Positions 1 to 13,540 of a DNA stretch of 64,000 nt are shown here, one piece after another; within the stretch, counting starts at the first letter, position 1; the number at the start of each line of letters is the position of its first letter. The DNA lies in assembly GCA_964016885.1 (NCBI GenBank), contig OZ024744.1, forward strand, positions 7,874,001 to 7,938,000, given 5' to 3'. The position numbers and the translations under genes were made by a program. The notes under the pieces were generated by a model. The model had not been told where the DNA came from, did not search any database, and saw nothing but the letters and a program-made list of their open reading frames with translations. Origin of the DNA: Eledone cirrhosa (taxonomy: Eukaryota).

Positions 1-3000
1 GTACTGGGTTACATGGTACCAGTAACAGACACAAGACTGAACTGACCATGGTGTAGGTGGGGAGGTGGTATAGTCACTGACCACTGGACATTGAAGAAGG
101 TTGTACTGGGTTACATGGTACCAGTAACAGACACAAGACTGAACTGACCATGGTGTAGGTGGGGAGGTGGTATAGTCACTGACCACAGGACATTGAAGTA
201 GGTCGTACTGGGTTACATGGTACCAGTAACAGACACAAGACTGAACTGACCATGGTGTAGGTGGGGAGGTGGTATAGTCACTGACCACAGGACATTGAAG
301 AAGGTTGTACTGGGTTACATGGTACCAGTAACAGACACAAGACTGAACTGACCATGGTGTAGGTGGGGGAGGTGGTATAGTCACTGACCACAGGACATTG
401 AAGAAGGTTGTACTGGGTTACATGGTACCAGTAACAGACACAAGACTGAACTGACCATGGTGTAGGTGGGGAGGTGGTATAGTCACTGACCACAGGACAT
501 TGAAGTAGGTTGTACTGGGTTACATGGTACCAGTAACAGACACAAGACTGAACTGACCATGGTGTAGGTGGGGAGGTGGTATAGTCACTGACCACAGGAC
601 ATTGAAGTAGGTTCTAGCGAGTTACATGGTACCAGTAACAGACACAAGACTGAACTGACCATGGTGTAGGTGGGGAGGTGGTATAGTCACTGACCACAGG
701 ACATTGACGTAGGTTCTAGCGAGTTACATGGTACCAGTAACAGACGCAAGACTGAACTGACCATGGTGTAGGTGGGGAGGTGGTATAGTCACTGACCACA
801 GGACATTGAAGTAGGTTCTAGCGAGTTACATGGTACCAGTAACAGACACAAGACTGAACTGACCATGGTGTAGGTGGGGAGGTGGTATAATCACTGACCA
901 CTGGACATTGAAGTAGGTTCTAGCGAGTTACATGGTACCAGTAACAGACACAAGACTGAACTGACCATGGTGTAGGTGGGGAGGTGGTATAGTCACTGAC
1001 CACAGGACATTGAAGTAGGTTCTAGCGAGTTACATGGTACCAGTAACAGACACAAGACTGAACTGACCATGGTGTAGGTGGGGAGGTGGTATAGTCACTG
1101 ACCACTGGACATTGAAGTAGGTTGTACTGGGTTACATGGTACCAGTAACAGACACAAGACTGAACTGACCATGGTGTAGGTGGGGGAGGTGGTATAGTCA
1201 CTGACCACAGGACATTGAAGTAGGTTGTACTGGGTTACATGGTACCAGTAACAGACACAAGACTGAACTGACCATGGTGTAGGTGGGGGAGGTGGTATAG
1301 TCACTGACCACAGAACATTGAAGTAGGTTGTACTGGGTTACATGGTACCAGTAACAGACACAAGACTGAACTGACCATGGTGTAGGTGGGGAGGTGGTAT
1401 AGTCACTGACCACAGGACATTGAAGTAGGTTCTAGCGAGTTACATGGTACCAGTAACAGACACAAGACTGAACTGACCATGGTGTAGGTGGGGAGGTGGT
1501 ATAGTCACTGACCACTGGACATTGAAGTAGGTTGTACTGGGTTACATGGTACCAGTAACAGACACAAGACTGAACTGACCATGGTGTAGGTGGGGAGGTG
1601 GTTTAGTCACTGACCACAGGACATTGAAGTAGGTTGTACTGGGTTACATGGTACCAGTAACAGACACAAGACTGAACTGACCACGGTGTAGGTGGGGAGG
1701 TGGTTTAGTCACTGACCACAGGACATTGAAGTAGGTTGTACTGGGTTACATGGTACCAGTAACAGACACAAGACTGAACTGACCATGGTGTAGGTGGGGA
1801 GGTGGTATAGTCACTGACCACAGGACATTGAAGAAGGTTGTACTGGGTTACATGGTACCAGTAACAGACACAAGACTGAACTGACCATGGTGTAGGTGGG
1901 GAGGTGGTATAGTCACTGACCACTGGACATTGAAGTAGGTTGTACTGGGTTACATGGTACCAGTAACAGACACAAGACTGAACTGACCATGGTGTAGGTG
2001 GGGAGGTGGTATAGTCACTGACCACAGGACATTGAAGTAGGTTCTAGTGGGTTACATGGTACCAGTAACAGACACAAGACTGAACTGACCATGGTGTAGG
2101 TGGGGAGGTGGTTTAGTCACTGACCACAGGACATTGAAGTAGGTTCTAGCGAGTTACATGGTACCAGTAACAGACACAAGACTGAACTGACCATGGTGTA
2201 GGTGGGGAGGTGGTTTAGTCACTGACCACAGGACATTGAAGTAGGTTCTAGCGAGTTACATGGTACCAGTAACAGACACAAGACTGAACTGACCATGGTG
2301 TAGGTGGGGAGGTGGTATAGTCACTGACCACTGGACATTGAAGAAGGTTGTACTGGGTTACATGGTACCAGTAGTAGACAGAAGCCTGATCTGACCGGAG
2401 TCTGGTGGGGAGGTGGTATAGTCACTGACCACAGGACATTGAAGTAGGTTCTAGTGGGTTACATGGTACCAGTAACAGACACAAGACTGAACTGACCATG
2501 GTGTAGGTGGGGGAGGTGGTTTAATCACTGACCACTGGACGTTGAAGAAGGTTGTACTGGGTTACATGGTACCAGTAACAGACACAAGACTGAACTGACC
2601 ATGGTGTAGGTGGGGAGGTGGTATAGTCACTGACCACTGGACATTGAAGTAGGTTGTACTGGGTTACATGGTACCAGTAACAGACACAAGACTGAACTGA
2701 CCATGGTGTAGGTGGGGAGGTGGTATAGTCACTGACCACAGGACATTGAAGTAGGTCGTACTGGGTTACATGGTACCAGTAACAGACACAAGACTGAACT
2801 GACCATGGTGTAGGTGGGGAGGTGGTATAGTCACTGACCACAGGACATTGAAGAAGGTTGTACTGGGTTACATGGTACCAGTAACAGACACAAGACTGAA
2901 CTGACCATGGTGTAGGTGGGGAGGTGGTATAGTCACTGACCACAGGACATTGAAGTAGGTTGTACTGGGTTACATGGTACCAGTAACAGACACAAGACTG

Positions 3001-6000
3001 AACTGACCATGGTGTAGGTGGGGAGGTGGTATAGTCACTGACCACAGGACATTGAAGAAGGTTGTACTGGGTTACATGGTACCAGTAACAGACACAAGAC
3101 TGAACTGACCATGGTGTAGGTGGGGGAGGTGGTATAGTCACTGACCACAGGACATTGAAGAAGGTTGTACTGGGTTACATGGTACCAGTAACAGACACAA
3201 GACTGAACTGACCATGGTGTAGGTGGGGAGGTGGTATAGTCACTGACCACAGGACATTGAAGTAGGTTGTACTGGGTTACATGGTACCAGTAACAGACAC
3301 AAGACTGAACTGACCATGGTGTAGGTGGGGAGGTGGTATAGTCACTGACCACAGGACATTGAAGTAGGTTCTAGCGAGTTACATGGTACCAGTAACAGAC
3401 ACAAGACTGAACTGACCATGGTGTAGGTGGGGAGGTGGTATAGTCACTGACCACAGGACATTGAAGTAGGTTCTAGCGAGTTACATGGTACCAGTAACAG
3501 ACACAAGACTGAACTGACCATGGTGTAGGTGGGGAGGTGGTATAGTCACTGACCACTGGACATTGAAGTAGGTTGTACTGGGTTACATGGTACCAGTAAC
3601 AGACACAAGACTGAACTGACCATGGTGTAGGTGGGGAGGTGGTATAGTCACTGACCACAGGACATTGAAGTAGGTTCTAGCGAGTTACATGGTACCAGTA
3701 ACAGACACAAGACTGAACTGACCATGGTGTAGGTGGGGAGGTGGTATAGTCACTGACCACAGGACATTGAAGTAGGTTCTAGCGAGTTACATGGTACCAG
3801 TAACAGACACAAGACTGAACTGACCATGGTGTAGGTGGGGAGGTGGTATAGTCACTGACCACTGGACATTGAAGTAGGTTGTACTGGGTTACATGGTACC
3901 AGTAACAGACACAAGACTGAACTGACCATGGTGTAGGTGGGGAGGTGGTATAGTCACTGACCACAGGACATTGAAGTAGGTTGTACTGGGTTACATGGTA
4001 CCAGTAACAGACACAAGACTGAACTGACCATGGTGTAGGTGGGGAGGTGGTATAGTCACTGACCACTGGACATTGAAGTAGGTTGTACTGGGTTACATGG
4101 TACCAGTAACAGACACAAGACTGAACTGACCATGGTGTAGGTGGGGAGGTGGTATAGTCACTGACCACTGGACATTGAAGTAGGTTGTACTGGGTTACAT
4201 GGTACCAGTAACAGACACAAGACTGAACTGACCATGGTGTAGGTGGGGAGGTGGTATAGTCACTGACCACTGGACATTGAAGTAGGTTGTACTGGGTTAC
4301 ATGGTACCAGTAACAGACACAAGACTGAACTGACCATGGTGTAGGTGGGGGAGGTGGTATAGTCACTGACCACTGGACATTGAAGTAGGTTGTACTGGGT
4401 TACATGGTACCAGTAACAGACACAAGACTGAACTGACCATGGTGTAGGTGGGGAGGTGGTATAGTCACTGACCACAGGACATTGAAGTAGGTTCTAGCGA
4501 GTTACATGGTACCAGTAACAGACACAAGACTGAACTGACCATGGTGTAGGTGGGGAGGTGGTATAATCACTGACCACTGGACATTGAAGTAGGTTCTAGC
4601 GAGTTACATGGTACCAGTAACAGACACAAGACTGAACTGACCATGGTGTAGGTGGGGAGGTGGTATAATCACTGACCACTGGACATTGAAGTAGGTTCTA
4701 GCGAGTTACATGGTACCAGTAACAGACACAAGACTGAACTGACCATGGTGTAGGTGGGGAGGTGGTATAGTCACTGACCACAGGACATTGAAGTAGGTTC
4801 TAGCGAGTTACATGGTACCAGTAACAGACACAAGACTGAACTGACCATGGTGTAGGTGGGGGAGGTGGTATAGTCACTGACCACAGGACATTGAAGTAGG
4901 TTGTACTGGGTTACATGGTACCAGTAACAGACACAAGACTGAACTGACCATGGTGTAGGTGGGGAGGTGGTATAATCACTGACCACAGAACATTGAAGTA
5001 GGTTGTACTGGGTTACATGGTACCAGTAACAGACACAAGACTGAACTGACCATGGTGTAGGTGGGGAGGTGGTATAGTCACTGACCACAGGACATTGAAG
5101 TAGGTTGTACTGGGTTACATGGTACCAGTAACAGACACAAGACTGAACTGACCATGGTGTAGGTTGGGAGGTGGTATAGTCACTGACCACAGGACATTGA
5201 AGTAGGTTGTACTGGGTTACATGGTACCAGTAACAGACACAAGACTGAACTGACCATGGTGTAGGTGGGGGAAGTGGTTTAGTCACTGACCACAGGACAT
5301 TGAAGAAGGTTGTACTGGGTTACATGGTACCAGTAACAGACACAAGACTGAACTGACCATGGTGTAGGTGGGGGAAGTGGTTTAGCCACTGACCACTGGA
5401 CATTGAAGTAGGTTGTACTGGGTTACATGGTACCAGTAACAGACACAAGACTGAACTGACCATGGTGTAGGTGGGGAGGTGGTATAGTCACTGACCACAG
5501 AACATTGAAGTAGGTTGTACTGGGTTACATGGTACCAGTAACAGACACAAGACTGAACTGACCATGGTGTAGGTGGGGAGGTGGTATAGTCACTGACCAC
5601 AGGACATTGAAGTAGGTTCTAGCGAGTTACATGGTACCAGTAACAGACACAAGACTGAACTGACCATGGTGTAGGTGGGGAGGTGGTATAGTCACTGACC
5701 ACAGGACATTGAAGTAGGTTCTAGCGAGTTACATGGTACCAGTAACAGACACAAGACTGAACTGACCATGGTGTAGGTGGGGAGGTGGTATAGTCACTGA
5801 CCACAGGACATTGAAGTAGGTCGTACTGGGTTACATGGTACCAGTAACAGACACAAGACTGAACTGACCATGGTGTAGGTGGGGAGGTGGTATAGTCACT
5901 GACCACAGGACATTGAAGTAGGTTGTACTGGGTTACATGGTACCAGTAACAGACACAAGACTGAACTGACCATGGTGTAGGTGGGGAGGTGGTATAGTCA

Positions 6001-9000
6001 CTGACCACAGGACATTGAAGTAGGTTCTAGTGAGTTACATGGTACCAGTAACAGACACAAGACTGAACTGACCATGGTGTAGGTGGGGAGGTGGTATAGT
6101 CACTGACCACAGGACATTGAAGTAGGTTGTACTGGGTTACATGGTACCAGTAACAGACACAAGACTGAACTGACCATGGTGTAGGTGGGGAGGTGGTATA
6201 GTCACTGACCACTGGACATTGAAGTAGGTTGTACTGGGTTACATGGTACCAGTAGTAGACAGAAGCCTGAACTCACCGGAGTCTGGTGGGGGAGGTGGTA
6301 TAGTCACTGACCACTGGACATTGAAGTAGGTTGTACTGGGTTACATGGTACCAGTAACAGACACAAGACTGAACTGACCATGGTGTAGGTGGGGGAGGTG
6401 GTATAGTCACTGACCACAGGACATTGAAGAAGGTTGTACTGGGTTACATGGTACCAGTAACAGACACAAGACTGAACTGACCATGGTGTAGGTGGGGAGG
6501 TGGTATAGTCACTGACCACTGGACATTGAAGAAGGTTGTACTGGGTTACATGGTACCAGTAACAGACACAAGACTGAACTGACCATGGTGTAGGTGGGGG
6601 AGGTGGTATAGTCACTGACCACAGGACATTGAAGAAGGTTGTACTGGGTTACATGGTACCAGTAACAGACACAAGACTGAACTGACCATGGTGTAGGTGG
6701 GGGAAGTGGTTTAGTCACTGACCACTGGACATTGAAGTAGGTTGTACTGGGTTACATGGTACCAGTAACAGACACAAGACTGAACTGACCATGGTGTAGG
6801 TGGGGAGGTGGTTTAGTCACTGACCACAGGACATTGAAGAAGGTTGTACTGGGTTACATGGTACCAGTAACAGACACAAGATTGAACTGACCATGGTGTA
6901 AGTGGGGAGGTGGTATAGTCACTGACCACAGGACATTGAAGTAGGTCGTACTGGGTTACATGGTACCAGTAACAGACACAAGACTGAACTGACCATGGTG
7001 TAGGTGGGGAGGTGGTATAGTCACTGACCACTGGACATTGAAGAAGGTTGTACTGGGTTACATGGTACCAGTAACAGACACAAGACTGAACTGACCATGG
7101 TGTAGGTGGGGGAAGTGGTTTAGTCACTGACCACTGGACATTGAAGTAGGTTGTACTGGGTTACATGGTACCAGTAACAGACACAAGACTGAACTGACCA
7201 TGGTGTAGGTGGGGAGGTGGTTTAGTCACTGACCACAGGACATTGAAGAAGGTTGTACTGGGTTACATGGTAGCAGTAGTAGACAGAAGCCTGAACTGAC
7301 CGGAGTCTGGTGGGGGAGGTGGTATAGTCACTGACCACTGGACATTGAAGTAGGTTGTACTGGGTTACATGGTACCAGTAACAGACACAAGACTGAACTG
7401 ACCATGGTGTAGGTGGGGAGGTGGTATAGTCACTGACCACAGGACATTGAAGTAGGTTGTACTGGGTTACATGGTACCAGTAACAGACACAAGACTGAAC
7501 TGACCATGGTGTAGGTGGGGAGGTGGTATAGTCACTGACCACAGGACATTGACGTAGGTTCTAGCGAGTTACATGGTACCAGTAACAGACACAAGACTGA
7601 ACTGACCATGGTGTAGGTGGGGAGGTGGTATAGTCACTGACCACAGGACATTGACGTAGGTTCTAGCGAGTTACATGGTACCAGTAACAGACACAAGACT
7701 GAACTGACCATGGTGTAGGTGGGGAGGTGGTATAGTCACTGACCACAGGACATTGAAGTAGTTTGTACTGGGTTACATGGTACCAGTAACAGACACAAGA
7801 CTGAACTGACCATGGTGTAGGTGGGGAGGTGGTATAGTCACTGACCACAGGACATTGAAGTAGGTTGTACTGGGTTACATGGTACCAGTAACAGACACAA
7901 GACTGAACTGACCATGGTGTAGGTGGCGAGGTGGTATAGTCACTGACCACTGGACATTGAAGTAGGTTGTACTGGGTTACATGGTACCAGTAACAGACAC
8001 AAGACTGAACTGACCATGGTGTAGGTGGGGAGGTGGTATAGTCACTGACCACAGGACATTGAAGAAGGTTGTACTGGGTTACATGGTACCAGTAACAGAC
8101 ACAAGACTGAACTGACCATGGTGTAGGTGGGGAGGTGGTATAGTCACTGACCACAGGACATTGAAGTAGGTTGTACTGGGTTACATGGTACCAGTAACAG
8201 ACACAAGACTGAACTGACCATGGTGTAGGTGGGGAGGTGGTATAGTCACTGACCACAGGACATTGAAGTAGGTTGTACTGGGTTACATGGTACCAGTAAC
8301 AGACACAAGACTGAACTGACCATGGTGTAGGTGGGGAGGTGGTATAGTCACTGACCACTGGACATTGAAGAAGGTTGTACTGGGTTACATGGTACCAGTA
8401 ACAGACACAAGACTGAACTGACCATGGTGTAGGTGGGGGAAGTGGTTTAGTCACTGACCACAGGACATTGAAGTAGGTTGTACTGGGTTACATGGTACCA
8501 GTAACAGACACAAGACTGAACTGACCATGGTGTAGGTGGGGAGGTGGTTTAGTCACTGACCACAGGACATTGAAGAAGGTTGTACTGGGTTAAATGGTAC
8601 CAGTAGTAGACAGAAGCCTGAACTGACCGGAGTCTGGTGGGGGAGGTGGTATAGTCACTGACCACAGGACATTGAAGTAGGTTGTACTGGGTTACATGGT
8701 ACCAGTAACAGACACAAGACTGAACTGACCATGGTGTAGGTGGGGAGGTGGTATAGTCACTGACCACAGGACATTGAAGTAGGTTCTAGCGAGTTACATG
8801 GTACCAGTAACAGACACAAGACTGAACTGACCATGGTGTAGGTGGGGAGGTGGTATAGTCACTGACGACAGGACATTGAAGTAGGTCGTACTGGGTTACA
8901 TGGTAACAGTAACAGACACAAGACTGAACTGACCATGGTGTAGGTGGGGGAGGTGGTATAGTCACTGACCACAGGACATTGAAGTAGGTTGTACTGGGTT

Positions 9001-12000
9001 ACATGGTACCAGTAACAGACACAAGACTGAACTGACAATGGTGTAGGTGGGGAGGTGGTATAGTCACTGACCACTGGACATTGAAGTAGGTTGTACTGGG
9101 TTACATGGTACCAGTAACAGACACAAGACTGAACTGACAATGGTGTAGGTGGGGAGGTGGTATAGTCACTGACCACAGGACATTGAAGTAGGTTGTACTG
9201 GGTTACATGGTACCAGTAACAGACACAAGACTGAACTGACCATGGTGTAGGTGGGGAGGTGGTATAGTCACTGACCACAGGACATTGAAGTAGGTTGTAC
9301 TGGGTTACATGGTACCAGTAACAGACACAAGACTGAACTGACCATGGTGTAGGTGGGGAGGTGGTTTAGTCACTGACCACAGGACATTGAAGTAGGTCGT
9401 ACTGGGTTACATGGTACCAGTAGTAGACAGAAGCCTGAACTGACCATGGTGTAGGTGGGGAGGTGGTATAGTCACTGACCACAGGACATTGAAGTAGGTT
9501 GTACTGGGTTACATGGTACCAGTAACAGACACAAGACTGAACTGACCATGGTGTAGGTGGGGGAAGTGGTTTAGCCACTGACCACTGGACATTGAAGTAG
9601 GTTGTACTGGGTTACATGGTACCAGTAACAGACACAAGACTGAACTGACCATGGTGTAGGTGGGGGAGGTGGTATAGTCACTGACCACAGGACATTGAAG
9701 TAGGTTGTACTGGGTTACATGGTACCAGTAACAGACACAAGACTGAACTGACCATGGTGTAGGTGGGGAGGTGGTATAGTCACTGACCACAGGACATTGA
9801 AGTAGGTCGTACTGGGTTACATGGTACCAGTAACAGACACAAGACTGAACTGACCATGGTGTAGGTGGGGAGGTGGTACAGTCACTGACCACAGGACATT
9901 GAAGTAGGTTCTAGCGAGTTACATGGTACCAGTAACAGACACAAGACTGAACTGACCATGGTGTAGGTGGGGAGGTGGTATAGTCACTGACCACTGGACA
10001 TTGAAGAAGGTTGTACTGGGTTACATGGTACCAGTAACAGACACAAGACTGAACTGACCATGGTGTAGGTGGGGAGGTGGTATAGTCACTGACCACAGGA
10101 CATTGAAGTAGGTCGTACTGGGTTACATGGTAACAGTAACAGACACAAGACTGAACTGACCATGGTGTAGGTGGGGGAGGTGGTATAGTCACTGACCACA
10201 GGACATTGAAGTAGGTTGTACTGGGTTACATGGTACCAGTAACAGACACAAGACTGAACTGACCATGGTGTAGGTGGGGAGGTGGTATAGTCACTGACCA
10301 CAGGACATTGAAGTAGGTTGTACTGGGTTACATGGTACCAGTAACAGACACAAGACTGAACTGACCATGGTGTAGGTGGGGAGGTGGTATAGTCACTGAC
10401 CACAGGACATTGAAGTAGGTTGTACTGGGTTACATGGTACCAGTAACAGACACAAGACTGAACTGACCATGGTGTAGGTGGGGAGGTGGTATAGTCACGG
10501 ACCACTGGACATTGAAGAAGGTTGTACTGGGTTACATGGTACCAGTAACAGACACAAGACTGAACTGACCATGGTGTAGGTGGGGAGGTGGTATAGTCAC
10601 TGACCACAGGACATTGAAGAAGGTTGTACTGGGTTACATGGTACCAGTAACAGACACAAGACTGAACTGACCATGGTGTAGGTGGGGGAAGTGGTTTAGT
10701 CACTGACCACTGGACATTAAAGTAGGTTGTACTGGGTTACATGGTACCAGTAACAGACACAAGACTGAACTGACCATGGTGTAGGTGGGGAGGTGGTTTA
10801 GTCACTGACCACAGGACATTGAAGAAGGTTGTACTGGGTTACATGGTACCAGTAACAGACACAAGACTGAACTGACCATGGTGTAGGTGGGGAGGTGGTA
10901 TAGTCACTGACCACAGGACATTGAAGTAGGTCGTACTGGGTTACATGGTACCAGTAACAGACACAAGACTGAACTGACCATGGTGTAGGTGGGGAGGTGG
11001 TATAGTCACTGACCACAGGACATTGAAGAAGGTTGTACTGGGTTACATGGTACCAGTAACAGACACAAGACTGAACTGACCATGGTGTAGGTGGGGAGGT
11101 GGTATAGTCACTGACCACAGGACATTGAAGAAGGTTGTACTGGGTTACATGGTACCAGTAGTAGACAGAAGCCTGAACTGACCGGAGTCTGGTGGGGGAG
11201 GTGGTATAGTCACTGACCACAGGACATTGAAGTAGGTTGTACTGGGTTACATGGTACCAGTAACAGACACAAGACTGAACTGACCATGGTGTAGGTGGGG
11301 AGGTGGTATAGTCACTGACCACAGGACATTGAAGTAGGTCGTACTGGGTTACATGGTACCAGTAACAGACACAAGACTGAACTGACCATGGTGTAGGTGG
11401 GGGAGGTGGTATAGTCACTGACCACTGGACATTGAAGTAGGTTGTACTGGGTTACATGGTACCAGTAACAGACACAAGACTGAACTGACCATGGTGTAGG
11501 TGGGGAGGTGGTATAGTCACTGACCACAGGACATTGAAGTAGGTCGTACTGGGTTACATGGTACCAGTAACAGACACAAGACTGAACTGACCATGGTGTA
11601 GGTGGGGGAGGTGGTATAGTCACTGACCACAGGACATTGAAGTAGGTTGTACTGGGTTACATGGTACCAGTAACAGACACAAGACTGAACTGACCATGGT
11701 GTAGGTGGGGAGGTGGTATAGTCACTGACCACAGGACATTGAAGTAGGTTCTAGCGAGTTACATGGTACCAGTAACAGACACAAGACTGAACTGACCATG
11801 GTGTAGGTGGGGAGGTGGTATAGTCACTGACCACTGGACATTGAAGTAGGTTGTACTGGGTTACACGGTACCAGTAACAGACACAAGACTGAACTGACCA
11901 TGGTGTAGGTGGGGAGGTGGTATAGTCACTGACCACAGGACATTGAAGTAGGTTGTACTGGGTTACATGGTACCAGTAACAGACACAAGACTGAACTGAC

Positions 12001-13285
12001 CATGGTGTAGGTGGGGAGGTGGTATAGTCACTGACCACAGGACATTGAAGTAGGTTGTACTGGGTTACATGGTACCAGTAACAGACACAAGACTGAACTG
12101 ACCATGGTGTAGGTGGGGAGGTGGTATAGTCACTGACCACAGGACATTGAAGTAGGTTGTACTGGGTTACATGGTACCAGTAACAGACACAAGACTGAAC
12201 TGACCATGGTGTAGGTGGGGAGGTGGTATAGTCACTGACCACAGGACATTGAAGTAGGTTGTACTGGGTTACATGGTACCAGTAACAGACACAAGACTGA
12301 ACTGACCATGGTGTAGGTGGGGAGGTGGTATAGTCACTGACCACAGGACATTGAAGTAGGTCGTACTGGGTTACATGGTACCAGTAACAGACACAAGACT
12401 GAACTGACCATGGTGTAGGTGGGGAGGTGGTATAGTCACTGACCACAGGACATTGAAGTAGGTTGTACTGGGTTACATGGTACCAGTAACAGACACAAGA
12501 CTGAACTGACCATGGTGTAGGTGGGGAGGTGGTATAGTCACTGACCACTGGACATTGAAGTAGGTTGTACTGGGTTACATGGTACCAGTAACAGACACAA
12601 GACTGAACTGACCATGGTGTAGGTGGGGAGGTGGTATAGTCACTGACCACAGGACATTGAAGTAGGTTGTACTGGGTTACATGGTACCAGTAACAGACAC
12701 AAGACTGAACTGACCATGGTGTAGGTGGGGAGGTGGTATAATCACTGACCACTGGACGTTGAAGTAGGTTGTACTGGGTTACATGGTACCAGTAACAGAC
12801 ACAAGACTGAACTGACCATGGTGTAGGTGGGGAGGTGGTATAGTCACTGACCACAGGACATTGAAGTAGGTTGTACTGGGTTACATGGTACCAGTAACAG
12901 ACACAAGACTGAACTGACCATGGTGTAGGTGGGGAGGTGGTATAGTCACTGACCACTGGACATTGAAGTAGGTTGTACTGGGTTACATGGTACCAGTAAC
13001 AGACACAAGACTGAACTGACAATGGTGTAGGTGGGGAGGTGGTATAGTCACTGACCACAGGACATTGAAGAAGGTTGTACTGGGTTACATGGTACCAGTA
13101 ACAGACACAAGACTGAACTGACCATGGTGTAGGTGGGGAGGTGGTATAGTCACTGACCACAGGACATTGAAGTAGGTTGTACTGGGTTACATGGTACCAG
13201 TAACAGACACAAGACTGAACTGACCATGGTGTAGGTGGGGAGGTGGTATAGTCACTGACCACAGGACATTGAAGTAGGTTCTAGT
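1..13285. repeat. 102-bp tandem satellite, about 130 copies, continuing off the left edge
   Basis: Unit GTACTGGGTTACATGGTACCAGTAACAGACACAAGACTGAACTGACCATGGTGTAGGTGGGGAGGTGGTATAGTCACTGACCACAGGACATTGAAGTAGGTT repeats head-to-tail. Recurrent variants include TTCTAGCGAG, an extra G, and GTAGTAGACAGAAGCCTGAACTGACCGGAGTCTGG. Confidence 0.98.
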
Positions 13286-13329
13286 GGTACCAGTAGTAAA
13301 AACAGCAAAAATAATGATTGCCTCTACTT

Positions 13330-13455
13330 TTGGCACTTTACGTGAAAGACAAAGTTAACCTCGGGGAGATTTGGACTCAGAATGTAAAGAGACGTAACTA
13401 TATGCTACAAAGCATGTTGCCGACGCTCTACTGCTTCTGTTATTCCACCGCCCTC
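13330..13455 (-). mobile_element. tRNA-derived SINE fragment
   Basis: Reverse complement reads ...GTAGAGCGTCGGCAACATGCTTTGTAGC...TTCTGAGTCCAAATCTCCCCGAGGTTAACTTTG. This is homologous to the SINE copies at 48.8-51.5 kb, which have a B-box-like GAGTTCAAATC. Confidence 0.75.
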
Positions 13456-13540
13456 AACAACACTAATAATATCGATATCAATAATTTTTTCTACTTTTGG
13501 AATGTTTATTAATTTTCTACTTTTGGAATGTTTATTAATT

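Noticed and set aside
278-13262. Many Cys/Trp-rich ORFs of up to 503 aa (VVSDYTTSPPTPWSVQSCVCYWYHVTQYNLLQCP)n
   Set aside because: They are a by-product of a 102-bp period. Frequent +1 G frameshifts and stop variants occur, and there is no unique N- or C-terminus.
1-13285. CRISPR-like array (also considered for the 60-bp array)
   Set aside because: No unique spacers, no cas genes, and a eukaryotic context.
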